From the IMG/VR virus record IMGVR_UViG_2061766007_000322: DNA of 64,000 nucleotides; one strand, given 5' to 3'. A model generated the notes under the pieces. It had not been told where the DNA came from and did not search any database. It worked only from the letters and a program-made list of their open reading frames with translations. This DNA comes from an uncultured virus (IMG/VR IMGVR_UViG_2061766007_000322) (taxonomy: Duplodnaviria; Heunggongvirae; Uroviricota; Caudoviricetes). Made by a program: the position numbers and the translations under genes. This document shows, piece by piece, positions 1-10,247 of this stretch (its first letter is position 1; every line of letters starts with the position of its first letter).

Positions 1-506
1 ATAACATATTTTTTTCTATAGTAACATTAATATTTTTAACGGTATTTTCAATATACATAGTTAGGAAATTTTTTAAACTTGTTAACACTATCATTGATAT
101 TATATATGCCAAAACAGATGAGATTAAATTAAGAAATAAACAAACAAAACAATCTATTGATAATCCAAATGGAGACCTTGCATATAAACTTAGTGTAACT
201 AACGAGATGTATAATTTTATTTCATTCTTAATAGCAAATGAAATTGTAAGGACCTTTGAGTCATATACATCTCTTAATGTTCCTTATGTTGTTAATAAAT
301 TTGATGAAGATTTAGAAAAGATATCTTCTTCTGTATTTAAAATGCTAAAACCAGAAATATTTGTAAATACTGATTTATTAATTACAAAAGAAGCATTAAT
401 GGAGTTCATTGCTAAACGAACTACAGTTATGTTACTTCAAACAATGATTTCACATAATATGAAAATTCGTTCTCCAGGAACTAATGATATGACAGGCGAT
501 AGCTGA
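1..506 (+). CDS. Hypothetical protein, 5'-truncated by window edge
   Basis: The frame of the 207..506 ORF stays open back to position 3 and includes a hydrophobic stretch (IFFSIVTLIFLTVFSIYIV). Confidence 0.6.
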   Translation, partial: NIFFSIVTLIFLTVFSIYIVRKFFKLVNTIIDIIYAKTDEIKLRNKQTKQSIDNPNGDLAYKLSVTNEMYNFISFLIANEIVRTFESYTSLNVPYVVNKFDEDLEKISSSVFKMLKPEIFVNTDLLITKEALMEFIAKRTTVMLLQTMISHNMKIRSPGTNDMTGDS

Positions 507-524
507 TGTTATCGCCTGTCATAT
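487..524. terminator. Bidirectional hairpin between convergent genes
   Basis: ATATGACAGGCGATAGC-TGAT-GTTATCGCCTGTCATAT inverted repeat. Confidence 0.75.
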
Positions 525-539
525 TTGTCATGAAGCAAG

Positions 540-1265
540 TTAAGTATTTGGAAAAAGATCTATATCAGGTTTTTTTATTGAAAGTATAAGAGATGCAACG
601 TCATCTTTTGTTATATCTGATATAGTCCATTGTGGTTTAAGTCCTATTTTTACAGCAGCCATAGATTTAAATTTAGTTTCCATTTTCTTTTTCAGTGTTG
701 TATTGATGTATTCAAAACGATTATTAACAATTTTAATTATATCATCACCAGGTTTATAAATATTATCCATATAAAAATAGACAACTCTAAGAATCGTTCT
801 GTTCTTATCAAGCAACGATACTGAATCGGCATCCTTGAGAATTTGATCCATTTCACAGGTAGCTTCATATTTAGTTCTATGGTTTCTAATCGTTCTGCTT
901 GCATTTTCAATTATTTTATCGTAGTTAAACTCATGATTATTTCCAGTTACAGAATGTTTGTGTTTTTGTTTCAATAATCTTTCAAGCTCCTCATCTTCAA
1001 CAAGGTACGGTATGGCCAACAGTTCATGCCACTCACGAGTTTCATATCCATCAATAAGACCAATATCATGATATGCTGCTGCAATCTTTATTGTAATTAA
1101 TTCTTCTATAGAACACCCATCAGCAACAGCTAATTTCGCACATGTCGTGAAAACCTCATCAAAATGATCAACATCATGAGCCTTATCAAAAGTTTTATAT
1201 TTATCACGAATTGTAGTCTTCAAGTATTTAACAACCTCTTCATATATATCAATATTATCTTTCAT
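540..1265 (-). CDS. HD-domain phosphohydrolase
   Basis: AHDVDHF...AAAYHDIG...NH...LKDAD motif set. Confidence 0.85.
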   Translation of the reverse strand: MKDNIDIYEEVVKYLKTTIRDKYKTFDKAHDVDHFDEVFTTCAKLAVADGCSIEELITIKIAAAYHDIGLIDGYETREWHELLAIPYLVEDEELERLLKQKHKHSVTGNNHEFNYDKIIENASRTIRNHRTKYEATCEMDQILKDADSVSLLDKNRTILRVVYFYMDNIYKPGDDIIKIVNNRFEYINTTLKKKMETKFKSMAAVKIGLKPQWTISDITKDDVASLILSIKKPDIDLFPNT

Positions 1266-1291
1266 TTTATATATCTCCTTATATATTTTAT

Positions 1292-2050
1292 TTAAAGTGG
1301 TATTTTTGCTAATTTTATGAGTAATTCAAAATAATTATAGGATATATCAAGTTCATCTTTTTTATCTTCCCACCACTCATAGTATTTATTATCATCACCT
1401 AAGATATCGAAATATGAATCTCTTTCAAAGCGACGGTAATACCCTACAGGTAATTCTCTTCTTTTATATTTATCAATAAAATTTCTAATAAATTCGAGAA
1501 CCACAGATTTTTCACAAGTTTCCATTTTATTAAAATACTTATGGATAAAATAAATAAGGTAGTTGGTATGATACTTCAGAGTATCTTCACCAATACCTTT
1601 TATATCCATTTCACGTTCTGAATAGTAAAACTCAATTTTTTTATTTATACGAATATAAGATGTATAAAAATGCTTATCTCTAAATTCGATAAATTCTCCA
1701 ATTTTGTTAACTGGACAAGACCTAAGAGTAAATATAGCATCTTTCTTTATTGATATCACATCATTCTCAGTCAGGTTATTTTCTTTGAAAAATATTTTTC
1801 TGGCTTCAATAAATGCTTGTGCAAGTTGCTCTTTGTATTTAGAATCTTTCCTTTGAATTTTACCAATTTCAATTGTTCTGTAATCTTTTTTCATTCTACC
1901 AAGTTCATCAAGTTTATTTTTTGGTAGTAATTTGAACTCTTTTGATAAGTTAAATCCAGCATTTCTCATATCATATTCATATATAAATTTATTAAATAAA
2001 TATATGATGTTTGGATTTAAATACGTGTCTTTCTCATAGAGTTCACTCAT
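1292..2050 (-). CDS. Family B DNA polymerase-like small/split subunit (palm region)
   Basis: YEYDMRNAG, ISIKKDAIF and MDIKGI resemble PolB motifs A, C and KG in a 252-aa stand-alone protein. Confidence 0.6.
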   Translation of the reverse strand: MSELYEKDTYLNPNIIYLFNKFIYEYDMRNAGFNLSKEFKLLPKNKLDELGRMKKDYRTIEIGKIQRKDSKYKEQLAQAFIEARKIFFKENNLTENDVISIKKDAIFTLRSCPVNKIGEFIEFRDKHFYTSYIRINKKIEFYYSEREMDIKGIGEDTLKYHTNYLIYFIHKYFNKMETCEKSVVLEFIRNFIDKYKRRELPVGYYRRFERDSYFDILGDDNKYYEWWEDKKDELDISYNYFELLIKLAKIPL

Positions 2051-2087
2051 ATCATCACTTCTTTCAATTTTAAATATTAAAAAAATG

Positions 2088-2125
2088 TGACCATGAATCT
2101 AAATAATTATTTAGATTCATGGTCA
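2088..2125. terminator. Perfect palindrome / terminator
   Basis: TGACCATGAATCTAAATAATTATTTAGATTCATGGTCA. Confidence 0.7.
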
Positions 2126-2131
2126 ATCTTT

Positions 2132-2770
2132 TTATGAAAACGCGTCTAACATATCTAACATATCCGACCTGCACATAGTCTTATTGTATAAGCCTTTATC
2201 TTTAAGGATTCTTTTAAGTTCAGATGTCTTCATGTTTTTGTACAGACGCGTCTTTTCCTTTCTATTCATACTATCAAGATTTTTCTGTTTTGCATTTTTC
2301 AATATTTTTTTCACTTTACTAAGCACGTTATTTGTATCGAAGTCAGCAAGTTTTTCAATTGAAACGAAATCTTTGTATGAATATATAGGATAACCAAAAT
2401 AATCATATACAAACTCAGATACCCATTTCAAATATTGTAATTTCCATTCTTTGTCGGAGCATAAAAGAATAAAATTTTTACCTTTTTTAATACTCTTTTT
2501 TATCATTATAGACAAAAATGGTAAGCAACATTCTTCAAGCTGTTCCATGTATGCATCTTTCATGGTTTCAATTGTATCTGCAGCATATACTCTATTAGAT
2601 GGATATAAAAGCGATGATCTTTTTGCAATAATTATGTCAAGGGATTCATTTTCAGCTCTTCTACGAATTTGTGTAGACACACAGACATAAGAAGCTGTCA
2701 GTATGTCTACATCATCTTCGTTCTCTATGAAGTCATCAATGAATGTACTCGACTTCATATAGATTATCAT
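2132..2770 (-). CDS. Hypothetical protein with possible C-terminal SAP/HeH-like helix pair
   Basis: 212-aa ORF; C-terminal MKTSELKRILKDKGL...RSDMLDML. Confidence 0.55.
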   Translation of the reverse strand: MIIYMKSSTFIDDFIENEDDVDILTASYVCVSTQIRRRAENESLDIIIAKRSSLLYPSNRVYAADTIETMKDAYMEQLEECCLPFLSIMIKKSIKKGKNFILLCSDKEWKLQYLKWVSEFVYDYFGYPIYSYKDFVSIEKLADFDTNNVLSKVKKILKNAKQKNLDSMNRKEKTRLYKNMKTSELKRILKDKGLYNKTMCRSDMLDMLDAFS

Positions 2771-2771
2771 T

Positions 2772-4085
2772 TTATTTATTTCCCCTTATTACTGAAACGA
2801 CGAATGACCCGTCTGGATTCTTTTTCGGTTTATTTGTAACAGGTTTCTGAGGTTTTGTTTCAGCTATAGTTTTCCTTTTCTCTTCAGGTTTATTCGAATT
2901 TGTAACTACTGATTGTGTTTCTGTAGGAATTATCTCTTCTGATTCAGCGTCGTCTTCATCAGAGAATTCACTATCTTCTATCAGCATATTCTCAACATAA
3001 CCACCGATATCATCACTATTTTCTGCATCAGACATATCATCGGAAGTATCGTATTCATACGGGACGGATTCATTATCTCTATATGGGAAGAATTTATCCT
3101 GAATATACTTCATAAAGTTTCTGTAGTTAACAACATTCAATATCTTATAAATACCCGTTCCAGTATAATTATGACCAGCATATTTTGTAGCAGGATCGTT
3201 TTCAACCATTTTAATAAACGGCTGAATAGAAGCTCTATTTTTGATAACTATACCAAGCTCATCAGCATCATTATAAGGAAAACAATTTTCTGTATCAATA
3301 AGGATAGCTATAAGATTTGTTACAAAGCTATATATCTGATCAATATCCATACGATATCCTTCAATTATCTTATGGAACCTTTTCTGAGATTCTGGGTTTA
3401 CAACATATCCGAGTACATAGTCATCAAGTGTAAAGAACATAAATTTACTTGTATCAATATTTTCGAGTATTCCAAAATTAAGTTCAAACACATTTTTTGT
3501 CATAATTACCGAAGGATACTTTGATGCTATGATAACCTTATACACATCTGCAAGCAGATTCACTATCGTATTAGCATCTTTCGATGAAAACGGATATTGG
3601 TCTTCAATGTCAATCAAATTTGATACTGATGCGGATATCGGTGCAGCATCATCTTCAATAATAATTTTACCACTTGCTTCAGAGTATCCTATATTAATAA
3701 TCGGAATACCTGTCGGTGTACGAGAAAAACTATTAACATTCACCTGTGACTGAAACATATTGTAAATCATTTCATTAGTTTCATCAGATTTCTTTTTCTT
3801 CTTCNNNNNNNNNNNNNNNNNNNNNNNNTCCTCTTCAGGTTCGTCATCAGCAAATTCTTCATCAACATATACAGTAGATTCCTCAGTGGTATTATCATGA
3901 GATACTTCCTCATACGAAGAATAGTCTTTCTTACCACTTGTTGAAGATTCTATAGCAGACATCATTTCATTAGCAATATCTTCACTGCTTGCTGACACTT
4001 TGGGAATTGAAATAAGGTCTGTTAATTCGAGCGATTTATTACCTGTTTCATATTCATGTAATAAATCTAAATAACTTTTACCCAT
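2772..4085 (-). CDS. Hypothetical acidic protein with poly-Lys tract (contains N gap)
   Basis: 437-aa ORF, GGAGG RBS. Confidence 0.7.
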   Translation of the reverse strand: MGKSYLDLLHEYETGNKSLELTDLISIPKVSASSEDIANEMMSAIESSTSGKKDYSSYEEVSHDNTTEESTVYVDEEFADDEPEEXXXXXXXXXKKKKKSDETNEMIYNMFQSQVNVNSFSRTPTGIPIINIGYSEASGKIIIEDDAAPISASVSNLIDIEDQYPFSSKDANTIVNLLADVYKVIIASKYPSVIMTKNVFELNFGILENIDTSKFMFFTLDDYVLGYVVNPESQKRFHKIIEGYRMDIDQIYSFVTNLIAILIDTENCFPYNDADELGIVIKNRASIQPFIKMVENDPATKYAGHNYTGTGIYKILNVVNYRNFMKYIQDKFFPYRDNESVPYEYDTSDDMSDAENSDDIGGYVENMLIEDSEFSDEDDAESEEIIPTETQSVVTNSNKPEEKRKTIAETKPQKPVTNKPKKNPDGSFVVSVIRGNK

Positions 4086-4101
4086 TTTTATGTTTCCTCC
4101 T

Positions 4102-5001
4102 TTAGTTTTCGATTTTTACTGTTCCAAAGTCATCATCATCGTCTTCCATCTCTTTTCTGAGCTTCTTTTGCTTTTTATATGCTTTAATATACATATCTGT
4201 CTCAGAAAGAGTTTTCTTCTTTTTCTTAGAATTATCATGAGTAAACTCTGGATTTATTTCTTTTGTTTCTTCAGCAGAAGTTAATACATATCCAAGCCTG
4301 CGAATATCACCAATTTCGTTTTCTTGGTCTTTACGTGATATTTTTCTGCGGACTTCTCCGAATGTATATTTTTTACCACATGACGGACATTCGAAATTTA
4401 CATATTTATCATCATACTGAAGAAAATGACCACATGAACATCTTGATACATTGAATTTTACATTATAAATATATGCAAAATCAAGTATACAAATATCATC
4501 ATCAATACCACTATGCCTTATTCCCCAATTGACATAATTCTTACCTGTAACACCAACATCTCCTACAAGATAGTTGTTAGCTATGTCACTAAGAATTTCT
4601 TTCATTTTATTCTCATATTTATAAAATGCCTCTATATTGAAGATTTCAACATATTCAGTGACTGCGACAAGCCCATTGGGAAATGCTTCATATACTTTGA
4701 CAACGTATGGATACAAATCCTGAGAATACAGAAATTCTCTTCTATTGTCTATCATACCATCGCTGTCTAAAGCAAATTTAACGGCATACCCATCAATGAG
4801 TATACCAAATCTATTTGTACCTGAACCGAGAGATGTGAACTTATCTTTACCGATATACTTTGTAAGAAGATTCTTCAATTCGAATCCTTTGGTATTATTA
4901 TCTACATCAAGCTCGATCAACTTAAACAGTTCCATATACAATTCCTCACTAATATACTGGAGAAGAATTGATCTAAATTTCTTTTCTGCCAAATTAATCA
5001 T
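4102..5001 (-). CDS. Protein kinase-like protein with C-terminal zinc ribbon
   Basis: LGSGTNR Gly-loop, YAVKFA, GDVG..GKN, ILDFAY; CSCGH...CPSCG. Confidence 0.7.
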   Translation of the reverse strand: MINLAEKKFRSILLQYISEELYMELFKLIELDVDNNTKGFELKNLLTKYIGKDKFTSLGSGTNRFGILIDGYAVKFALDSDGMIDNRREFLYSQDLYPYVVKVYEAFPNGLVAVTEYVEIFNIEAFYKYENKMKEILSDIANNYLVGDVGVTGKNYVNWGIRHSGIDDDICILDFAYIYNVKFNVSRCSCGHFLQYDDKYVNFECPSCGKKYTFGEVRRKISRKDQENEIGDIRRLGYVLTSAEETKEINPEFTHDNSKKKKKTLSETDMYIKAYKKQKKLRKEMEDDDDDFGTVKIEN

Positions 5002-5151
5002 CTTCTTTCATTATTGTATCCCAGGACCAATCTAAAGTTTCTTTTTTATAGTCATTCATAGAACCATCTATATCCAGACTATTTTTGATAACTTCATCAA
5101 TAGCTTCAGACGCCTCGGTTTTATATCGTTTTATTACTTTCTGTCTATCGT

Positions 5152-6441
5152 CTAATCATCCTCCGAGTCTTTTTTCTTTTTTTTCTTTTTCTTCTTTGCT
5201 GCTTGAGCATCTGCAAGACTTCTTCTGCTCTTATATTCTTCATCCTTTGAGTGAAGTCTATCTGATACACGCTTAAGCTGCTTCTTAAGACGCTCTTCTC
5301 TTTTTCTATCAGCACGAAGAGCAGCATCATGTTTCTTGAGACGTTCTTTATTACCAAAGAGAATTTTAACATTCCAACCAGCTTCTTCAATAGCTCTCAT
5401 AAACTCAGCTTTATCAATTTCAGCCTGCGTCTTCTGACGGCCATTATACTCATGAAGTTCATGTGTATACTCATATTCTTCATAATCTGTCATGAATTCA
5501 TAATAATCATCATTATTAAGAACTGAACCATGAAACTCAACACAATCCGTATTTTTACCTGATATTCTTGCGTCTGCTTTAGCAATAGCTTGAAAATCAT
5601 CATAATCAACATCAGATATAAATGTCTGAAGATAACTATTTGAATCTATATAATTTAATTTACGCTTATATTCTTTAACTGCATCGAGAAATTCTGGTGA
5701 TTTCTTAATAAGTTTCTTAGTAGAATCTGAGTCATTTATCATGACAACATCAAAAGGTATCTGAGATGGATCGGTCGGATCTTCGATAACATTATTAACC
5801 CTTCTCATAACTGTTTCAGGATCATCTACTTGTAAAATCTTATCAAGTGCGTCTTTGTCGAAAAGTTTTCTTGCATTTTCAATGAGTGTTGCTTCACTGG
5901 GAAATTCTTCTTCAGGTGCTTCTTCTATAGCACCATTGAATAATTTCGGGTCTTCTCCACTAAGAATAAACTCTGCTAAATATGCAAAATTTACCTTTTT
6001 ACGTTCTTTACCCGCCAGTTTTGGAAACATCCAACCCTGAATATCGATTTTTCCTTTAAAGACTCTCTTTTTAAATTCTTCTGGATCATATCTGCCATTT
6101 GTTTCTGCAACAGCATTTAATGCATCCATTGAGAGTCTTGCTACCTCGATAAACTCATCAAGTTTTCTGTATGTTCTCTTACATCTTGCAAGTTTTGAGA
6201 ATACTTTGTAGAGTTTATTCTTTTCCATTTTTTCTTTTTCAGAAAGGTTGTAATCATCACCGAAATCATGTACAACAACCTCTCCATAGGATGCCTGCAT
6301 TTCAGCAAGCATTCTTGGTGGAATATACTGAGAAGCTTTCGCATCAGAAATAGTTTTTGACGCACGCATTTTTTCTTCTTCAGTCATTTCTTTATCCACC
6401 GAAGTTTTGGCTTCGTTATCACCAAATGATATAATAGCCAT
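5152..6441 (-). CDS. Hypothetical protein with poly-Lys C-terminus; probably frameshifted and continuing to 4994
   Basis: 429-aa ORF with GAAAGGAG RBS; a 53-codon start-less open frame follows (5155..4994). Confidence 0.75.
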   Translation of the reverse strand: MAIISFGDNEAKTSVDKEMTEEEKMRASKTISDAKASQYIPPRMLAEMQASYGEVVVHDFGDDYNLSEKEKMEKNKLYKVFSKLARCKRTYRKLDEFIEVARLSMDALNAVAETNGRYDPEEFKKRVFKGKIDIQGWMFPKLAGKERKKVNFAYLAEFILSGEDPKLFNGAIEEAPEEEFPSEATLIENARKLFDKDALDKILQVDDPETVMRRVNNVIEDPTDPSQIPFDVVMINDSDSTKKLIKKSPEFLDAVKEYKRKLNYIDSNSYLQTFISDVDYDDFQAIAKADARISGKNTDCVEFHGSVLNNDDYYEFMTDYEEYEYTHELHEYNGRQKTQAEIDKAEFMRAIEEAGWNVKILFGNKERLKKHDAALRADRKREERLKKQLKRVSDRLHSKDEEYKSRRSLADAQAAKKKKKKKKKDSEDD

Positions 6442-6504
6442 AGTTTGTCTCCTTTCAAAATATATTATTTTGGATTTTGTAATAATGCACTCTGGTCATC
6501 CAAA

Positions 6505-6517
6505 AAAATAATATATA
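6505..6517 (-). promoter_or_regulatory. Class I (early-like) phage promoter TATATATTATTTT
   Basis: Exact 13-mer, intergenic, upstream of the 6441 operon. Confidence 0.75.
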
Positions 6518-6656
6518 AACATTCGTGTATACTAAAATACTTTAGTTAATTGAGAGTTTGAAACCTAATAATATTTAAAAAAATTTATCACAACAAAAAA
6601 ATAAAGATGAAAGAGCCTGCTGCATTTTTCACTTTGATATACTCCATAGAATATAT

Positions 6657-6695
6657 TATGATGGGAATTCGACATCAATTCGAATTCCCATCATA
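6657..6695 (-). terminator. Hairpin terminator after dcd
   Basis: TATGATGGGAATTCGA...TCGAATTCCCATCATA. Confidence 0.7.
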
Positions 6696-6699
6696 TCTT

Positions 6700-7350
6700 T
6701 TATTTAATTGGCTCAAGTAAAGACCCACAAATATCATTATCATCAAGTAATTGTTTGTCTTTATAACGTCCGTTATACTGCATTGACACATCACCGTTTG
6801 TAGTATGGAAATACACTTGCCCAATCTTCATTCCCTTATAGACTTTTACCGCATGAGTGACTTCTACTTCAAGCACCCATTTAAACCTGTGACCAAGATT
6901 AGAATATCCTGCAGTCTTATGAACTGTAATACCAAGTCTTGCAAGACTACTTGTGCCAGATACTTCAGATACAAATTTGTCTGACCAAAATTCTTCTACA
7001 GATTCTACAAGATACAGAATATTTGGCAGGAACACAAATCCAGTATCATCAATAGTCTCTTTAATCATTGAATTTATCTGCTTAGAATCAAGAACTGGGA
7101 CCGTACGGATAAAACCGCAATCAGCATCATCTATAGCATTTAATGCAAGCATACCATATTTTTCAAAGCAGGTTGCTTCATTATGCTGACCAATCTGAAT
7201 ATGATAGTCTGTAAGAGAGTAATAACTAACTTTATCTCCAAGACTAATATCATATGAATTTGGTTGGACTTTTCCTTCATTGTATGGTGTTATTTCAATA
7301 TGACGTTTTTCAATTTGCTTCTTAATTTCATTTCCTGTTAAAATTGCCAT
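6700..7350 (-). CDS. dcd: dCTP deaminase
   Basis: MAILTGNEI, VQPNSYDISLG, GTSSLARLG, AG, LEV, IGQVYF, YNGRY. Confidence 0.9.
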   Translation of the reverse strand: MAILTGNEIKKQIEKRHIEITPYNEGKVQPNSYDISLGDKVSYYSLTDYHIQIGQHNEATCFEKYGMLALNAIDDADCGFIRTVPVLDSKQINSMIKETIDDTGFVFLPNILYLVESVEEFWSDKFVSEVSGTSSLARLGITVHKTAGYSNLGHRFKWVLEVEVTHAVKVYKGMKIGQVYFHTTNGDVSMQYNGRYKDKQLLDDNDICGSLLEPIK

Positions 7351-7374
7351 TTTTTACATCTCCTTATATTTTTT

Positions 7375-7599
7375 TTATAATGTAACGATACCATCATTAT
7401 TTTCTAATTTAATAACTTTAGTTTTTTCTTCATTAATCTTTTCGGATATTTCATCAATACTAAGCTTAGCCTTTTCAATAACTTTTCGTTTAGCATCTAC
7501 ATGATTAAGTGCATCCATAACAATATATTTTTTAACAGAATATCCTGAATGTTCAGTATATCCATATACTGGATAAATATAAATATATACCAAATACAT
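7375..7599 (-). CDS. Hypothetical protein
   Basis: 74-aa ORF with AAAGGA RBS inside an operon. Confidence 0.6.
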   Translation of the reverse strand: MYLVYIYIYPVYGYTEHSGYSVKKYIVMDALNHVDAKRKVIEKAKLSIDEISEKINEEKTKVIKLENNDGIVTL

Positions 7600-7614
7600 A
7601 ATATAATTCCTTTC

Positions 7615-8286
7615 TCATGCAACATTAGATTTTAAATCTTTATCAAGAATTTGCTTTTCAACAGCGTCAACACCTTCCATTTCAATATAAGTGAACTGCT
7701 GTTTAAGTGCATCAAAATCAGACTCTTTAAGATTTTTAGTCTGATTAATTTTTGTCTCCAACTTATCAAGTAATTCATCTATATATGGCAAATATTTTTC
7801 ATTCTCCAAAAATGCTTTATAATTACCATATACCATTGATAATGGGATAAAAACCTTGTTTGAATTATGAACCGCTTCATGTATGGTTTTTGATAATGGT
7901 ATAAGACCAACCATATTATTATAATGAAGCTCCATAACTTCATCTGCTATAACCAAATCATTAAGAGGAATTCCTTCACCAATGAACCTATCTACGACAA
8001 CTGACACGTAGTCGTATAATGTAAACGGTTCATGATGTACTTCTATTTTCGTCTTTTTATTATCTTTAGAGCTAATCATATTAAAAAAAGCACAAGAATC
8101 CATATCAACATAATCACGAAGATATGCTATATAATCCCTGTACTCCATAGATGACCTGATTGTTTTCTCACATCTTTTTATGAACTTAACTCTGTCTTTG
8201 TCATTATTAAGAATAACTGTGTATTCCATTTCTTGTGGAATATAGGTTTTCAAATACTTTATTAAACCATTCGACAATGTTATCAC
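7615..8286 (-). CDS. HNH-like fold protein
   Basis: CAFF...IEVHHEPF...IPLSKTIHEAVH. Confidence 0.5.
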   Translation of the reverse strand: MITLSNGLIKYLKTYIPQEMEYTVILNNDKDRVKFIKRCEKTIRSSMEYRDYIAYLRDYVDMDSCAFFNMISSKDNKKTKIEVHHEPFTLYDYVSVVVDRFIGEGIPLNDLVIADEVMELHYNNMVGLIPLSKTIHEAVHNSNKVFIPLSMVYGNYKAFLENEKYLPYIDELLDKLETKINQTKNLKESDFDALKQQFTYIEMEGVDAVEKQILDKDLKSNVA

Positions 8287-8300
8287 CTCACATATTAGGA

Positions 8301-8313
8301 TTAATAAATTGTC
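8301..8313 (-). promoter_or_regulatory. Class II (late-like) promoter GACA-N6-TAA
   Basis: GACA ATTTAT TAA on the minus strand upstream of 8286. Confidence 0.55.
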
Positions 8314-8328
8314 GAATGGTAAATAAAT

Positions 8329-8898
8329 TTAAAAGGTATCGTTAGAAATGTCCAGTAACAATGTAAATGGATCTAATTTAAATTCTGGAGCAGCGTAATC
8401 ATCTTCATCAGCATTAAGAAACTGAGTATACACTGGCTTCATGTTAAACATATCCTTATAGACTTTAAACATTTTAACGTATTCAAATGCATCAAGAGCT
8501 TTAAAATATTTATCTTTGAAGATATATGGAAATGGTACACTATCCCAAAAACTTGTATCATCAATGGCAAACGCAGGTTCATCTATATATACATGTTCAT
8601 CATATGTCATAAGCATATCAATTTGTATAGTACCGTCATCTGTATGTTTACCAATGTCTCGAATACTTACGTTATATAAATCAAGTTTTTTTCCTGGGTG
8701 TTCATTAACAAATTCAACATACTCTTCTTTTGTAATATTATGCTTCCTAACTATGAATTTTTTAATATCACGAGTATCAATAAACATAAGAGCATATTCC
8801 TTGTTATTAGTAAACGCTTTCAAATCATAACCAGTTTCATAAACACCATTTTTGTTGAGCATATCTTTGTTTATATGATAAAACGTCCAAAGTTTCAT
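8329..8898 (-). CDS. Paralog family A member (AFTNNK)
   Basis: Likely start MKLWTFY at 8898; N-terminal motif shared with neighbours. Confidence 0.7.
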   Translation of the reverse strand: MKLWTFYHINKDMLNKNGVYETGYDLKAFTNNKEYALMFIDTRDIKKFIVRKHNITKEEYVEFVNEHPGKKLDLYNVSIRDIGKHTDDGTIQIDMLMTYDEHVYIDEPAFAIDDTSFWDSVPFPYIFKDKYFKALDAFEYVKMFKVYKDMFNMKPVYTQFLNADEDDYAAPEFKLDPFTLLLDISNDTF

Positions 8899-8899
8899 A

Positions 8900-9490
8900 T
8901 TATATAACACCGCCTTTATATAAATCTTTATATATTTTAATATATAATGCAAGAATATCAAGATTCATATCAATTATACGTTTATCTTCTGGTTTATCTG
9001 AACATATTATTTTTACTATATTATTAAACCCAGAAGTTATCAACGCTTTTTTATATTTTGATTTAAATGCACGCGGATCCATCAATCTTACATTAATATC
9101 AAATCTTTCTGGAGAAAGTATTTCTTCAAGAATAGTAATTTGATGAAATATAATATAATCCATTTCTCTTCTTGTTGATAATACAAACGGATTATTATCA
9201 TCAATTTTACTATCATATTGTGTCGTTACTGGTATTGTAAGAAGTTTTGTGTCTGGATTATCAAGCTCAAATCTCTCATACCCACCATCATCTGCATCAA
9301 AAATTTTTTCAATGAAAATATCAAATCGTCTTAATTCTTTAAAAGTTTTTCTAAGATATTTATCATTTGTCCATGCATAAAATGCATAATCGCCAGAATC
9401 TCGATGTACAATATCGGTGCTTGATACACCGGGATATTTTGTCGATGTTATATTCATATCATGAATATAAAATGCATATATTTTTTTCAT
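8900..9490 (-). CDS. Paralog family A member (AWTNDK)
   Basis: MKKIYAFY...FYAWTNDK...FKELR. Confidence 0.7.
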   Translation of the reverse strand: MKKIYAFYIHDMNITSTKYPGVSSTDIVHRDSGDYAFYAWTNDKYLRKTFKELRRFDIFIEKIFDADDGGYERFELDNPDTKLLTIPVTTQYDSKIDDNNPFVLSTRREMDYIIFHQITILEEILSPERFDINVRLMDPRAFKSKYKKALITSGFNNIVKIICSDKPEDKRIIDMNLDILALYIKIYKDLYKGGVI

Positions 9491-9504
9491 TTTTTGTATC
9501 CCCT

Positions 9505-10242
9505 TTATATATTATGAATAACATCTCCAGCCCTATATCCTGCAAGCATTTCAAAATAGATGTTTTTAAACAAAGCATATCGATCTCCATATAAATCATA
9601 TGCTATTGGAACAGAATATGATGGTGATAAGTTATATGAGCTATTGAAACTTGCTAAGTCTGCTCTACATTCATAATAGTCATTATAGTCATCATCAACG
9701 AATGTATTCACATCAAACTCTGTTGCATATCCAACTCTTTCAAGTAATTTTTTGAATACATCATTAAATGCATAATAATCTATTTTAAGTTTATCATACA
9801 TAGCTTCAAACATTTCACCTCTTGCAGATGATTCATCTGTACAGGTATCAAATTCATACTTTGTTAAAATAGTATATATACAGTACTCACCATTGTCTTT
9901 AAAAGATCCGTTTTCCGACTTTTTTGTGACTAAATGTCTTAAAAGTATTTCTTTATCTTTGTTATGCTTAATGAAGTCAATGAAATCATCTCTTTCAATT
10001 TTTACATTTCGAATACTATACATACCTCTATTAAAAGCCATAATTCTCGAGTCTTTAAACATTCCTAATACTTTTTTATTATTAGTCCATGCATAAAGAC
10101 CGATATACGAACTTGTCTTACTATCAAATACAAATTTGTCAAATGACATTTCTGATTGATACGTGTAGTGTTTCATTTTGCTTTCCCACAAATCGATATC
10201 TATTTTAGCATAAACCAAATATAATTTCATAATAATTATCAT
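9505..10242 (-). CDS. Paralog family A member (AWTNNK)
   Basis: MKLYLVY...LYAWTNNK...FKDSR. Confidence 0.7.
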   Translation of the reverse strand: MIIIMKLYLVYAKIDIDLWESKMKHYTYQSEMSFDKFVFDSKTSSYIGLYAWTNNKKVLGMFKDSRIMAFNRGMYSIRNVKIERDDFIDFIKHNKDKEILLRHLVTKKSENGSFKDNGEYCIYTILTKYEFDTCTDESSARGEMFEAMYDKLKIDYYAFNDVFKKLLERVGYATEFDVNTFVDDDYNDYYECRADLASFNSSYNLSPSYSVPIAYDLYGDRYALFKNIYFEMLAGYRAGDVIHNI

Positions 10243-10247
10243 CTCCG

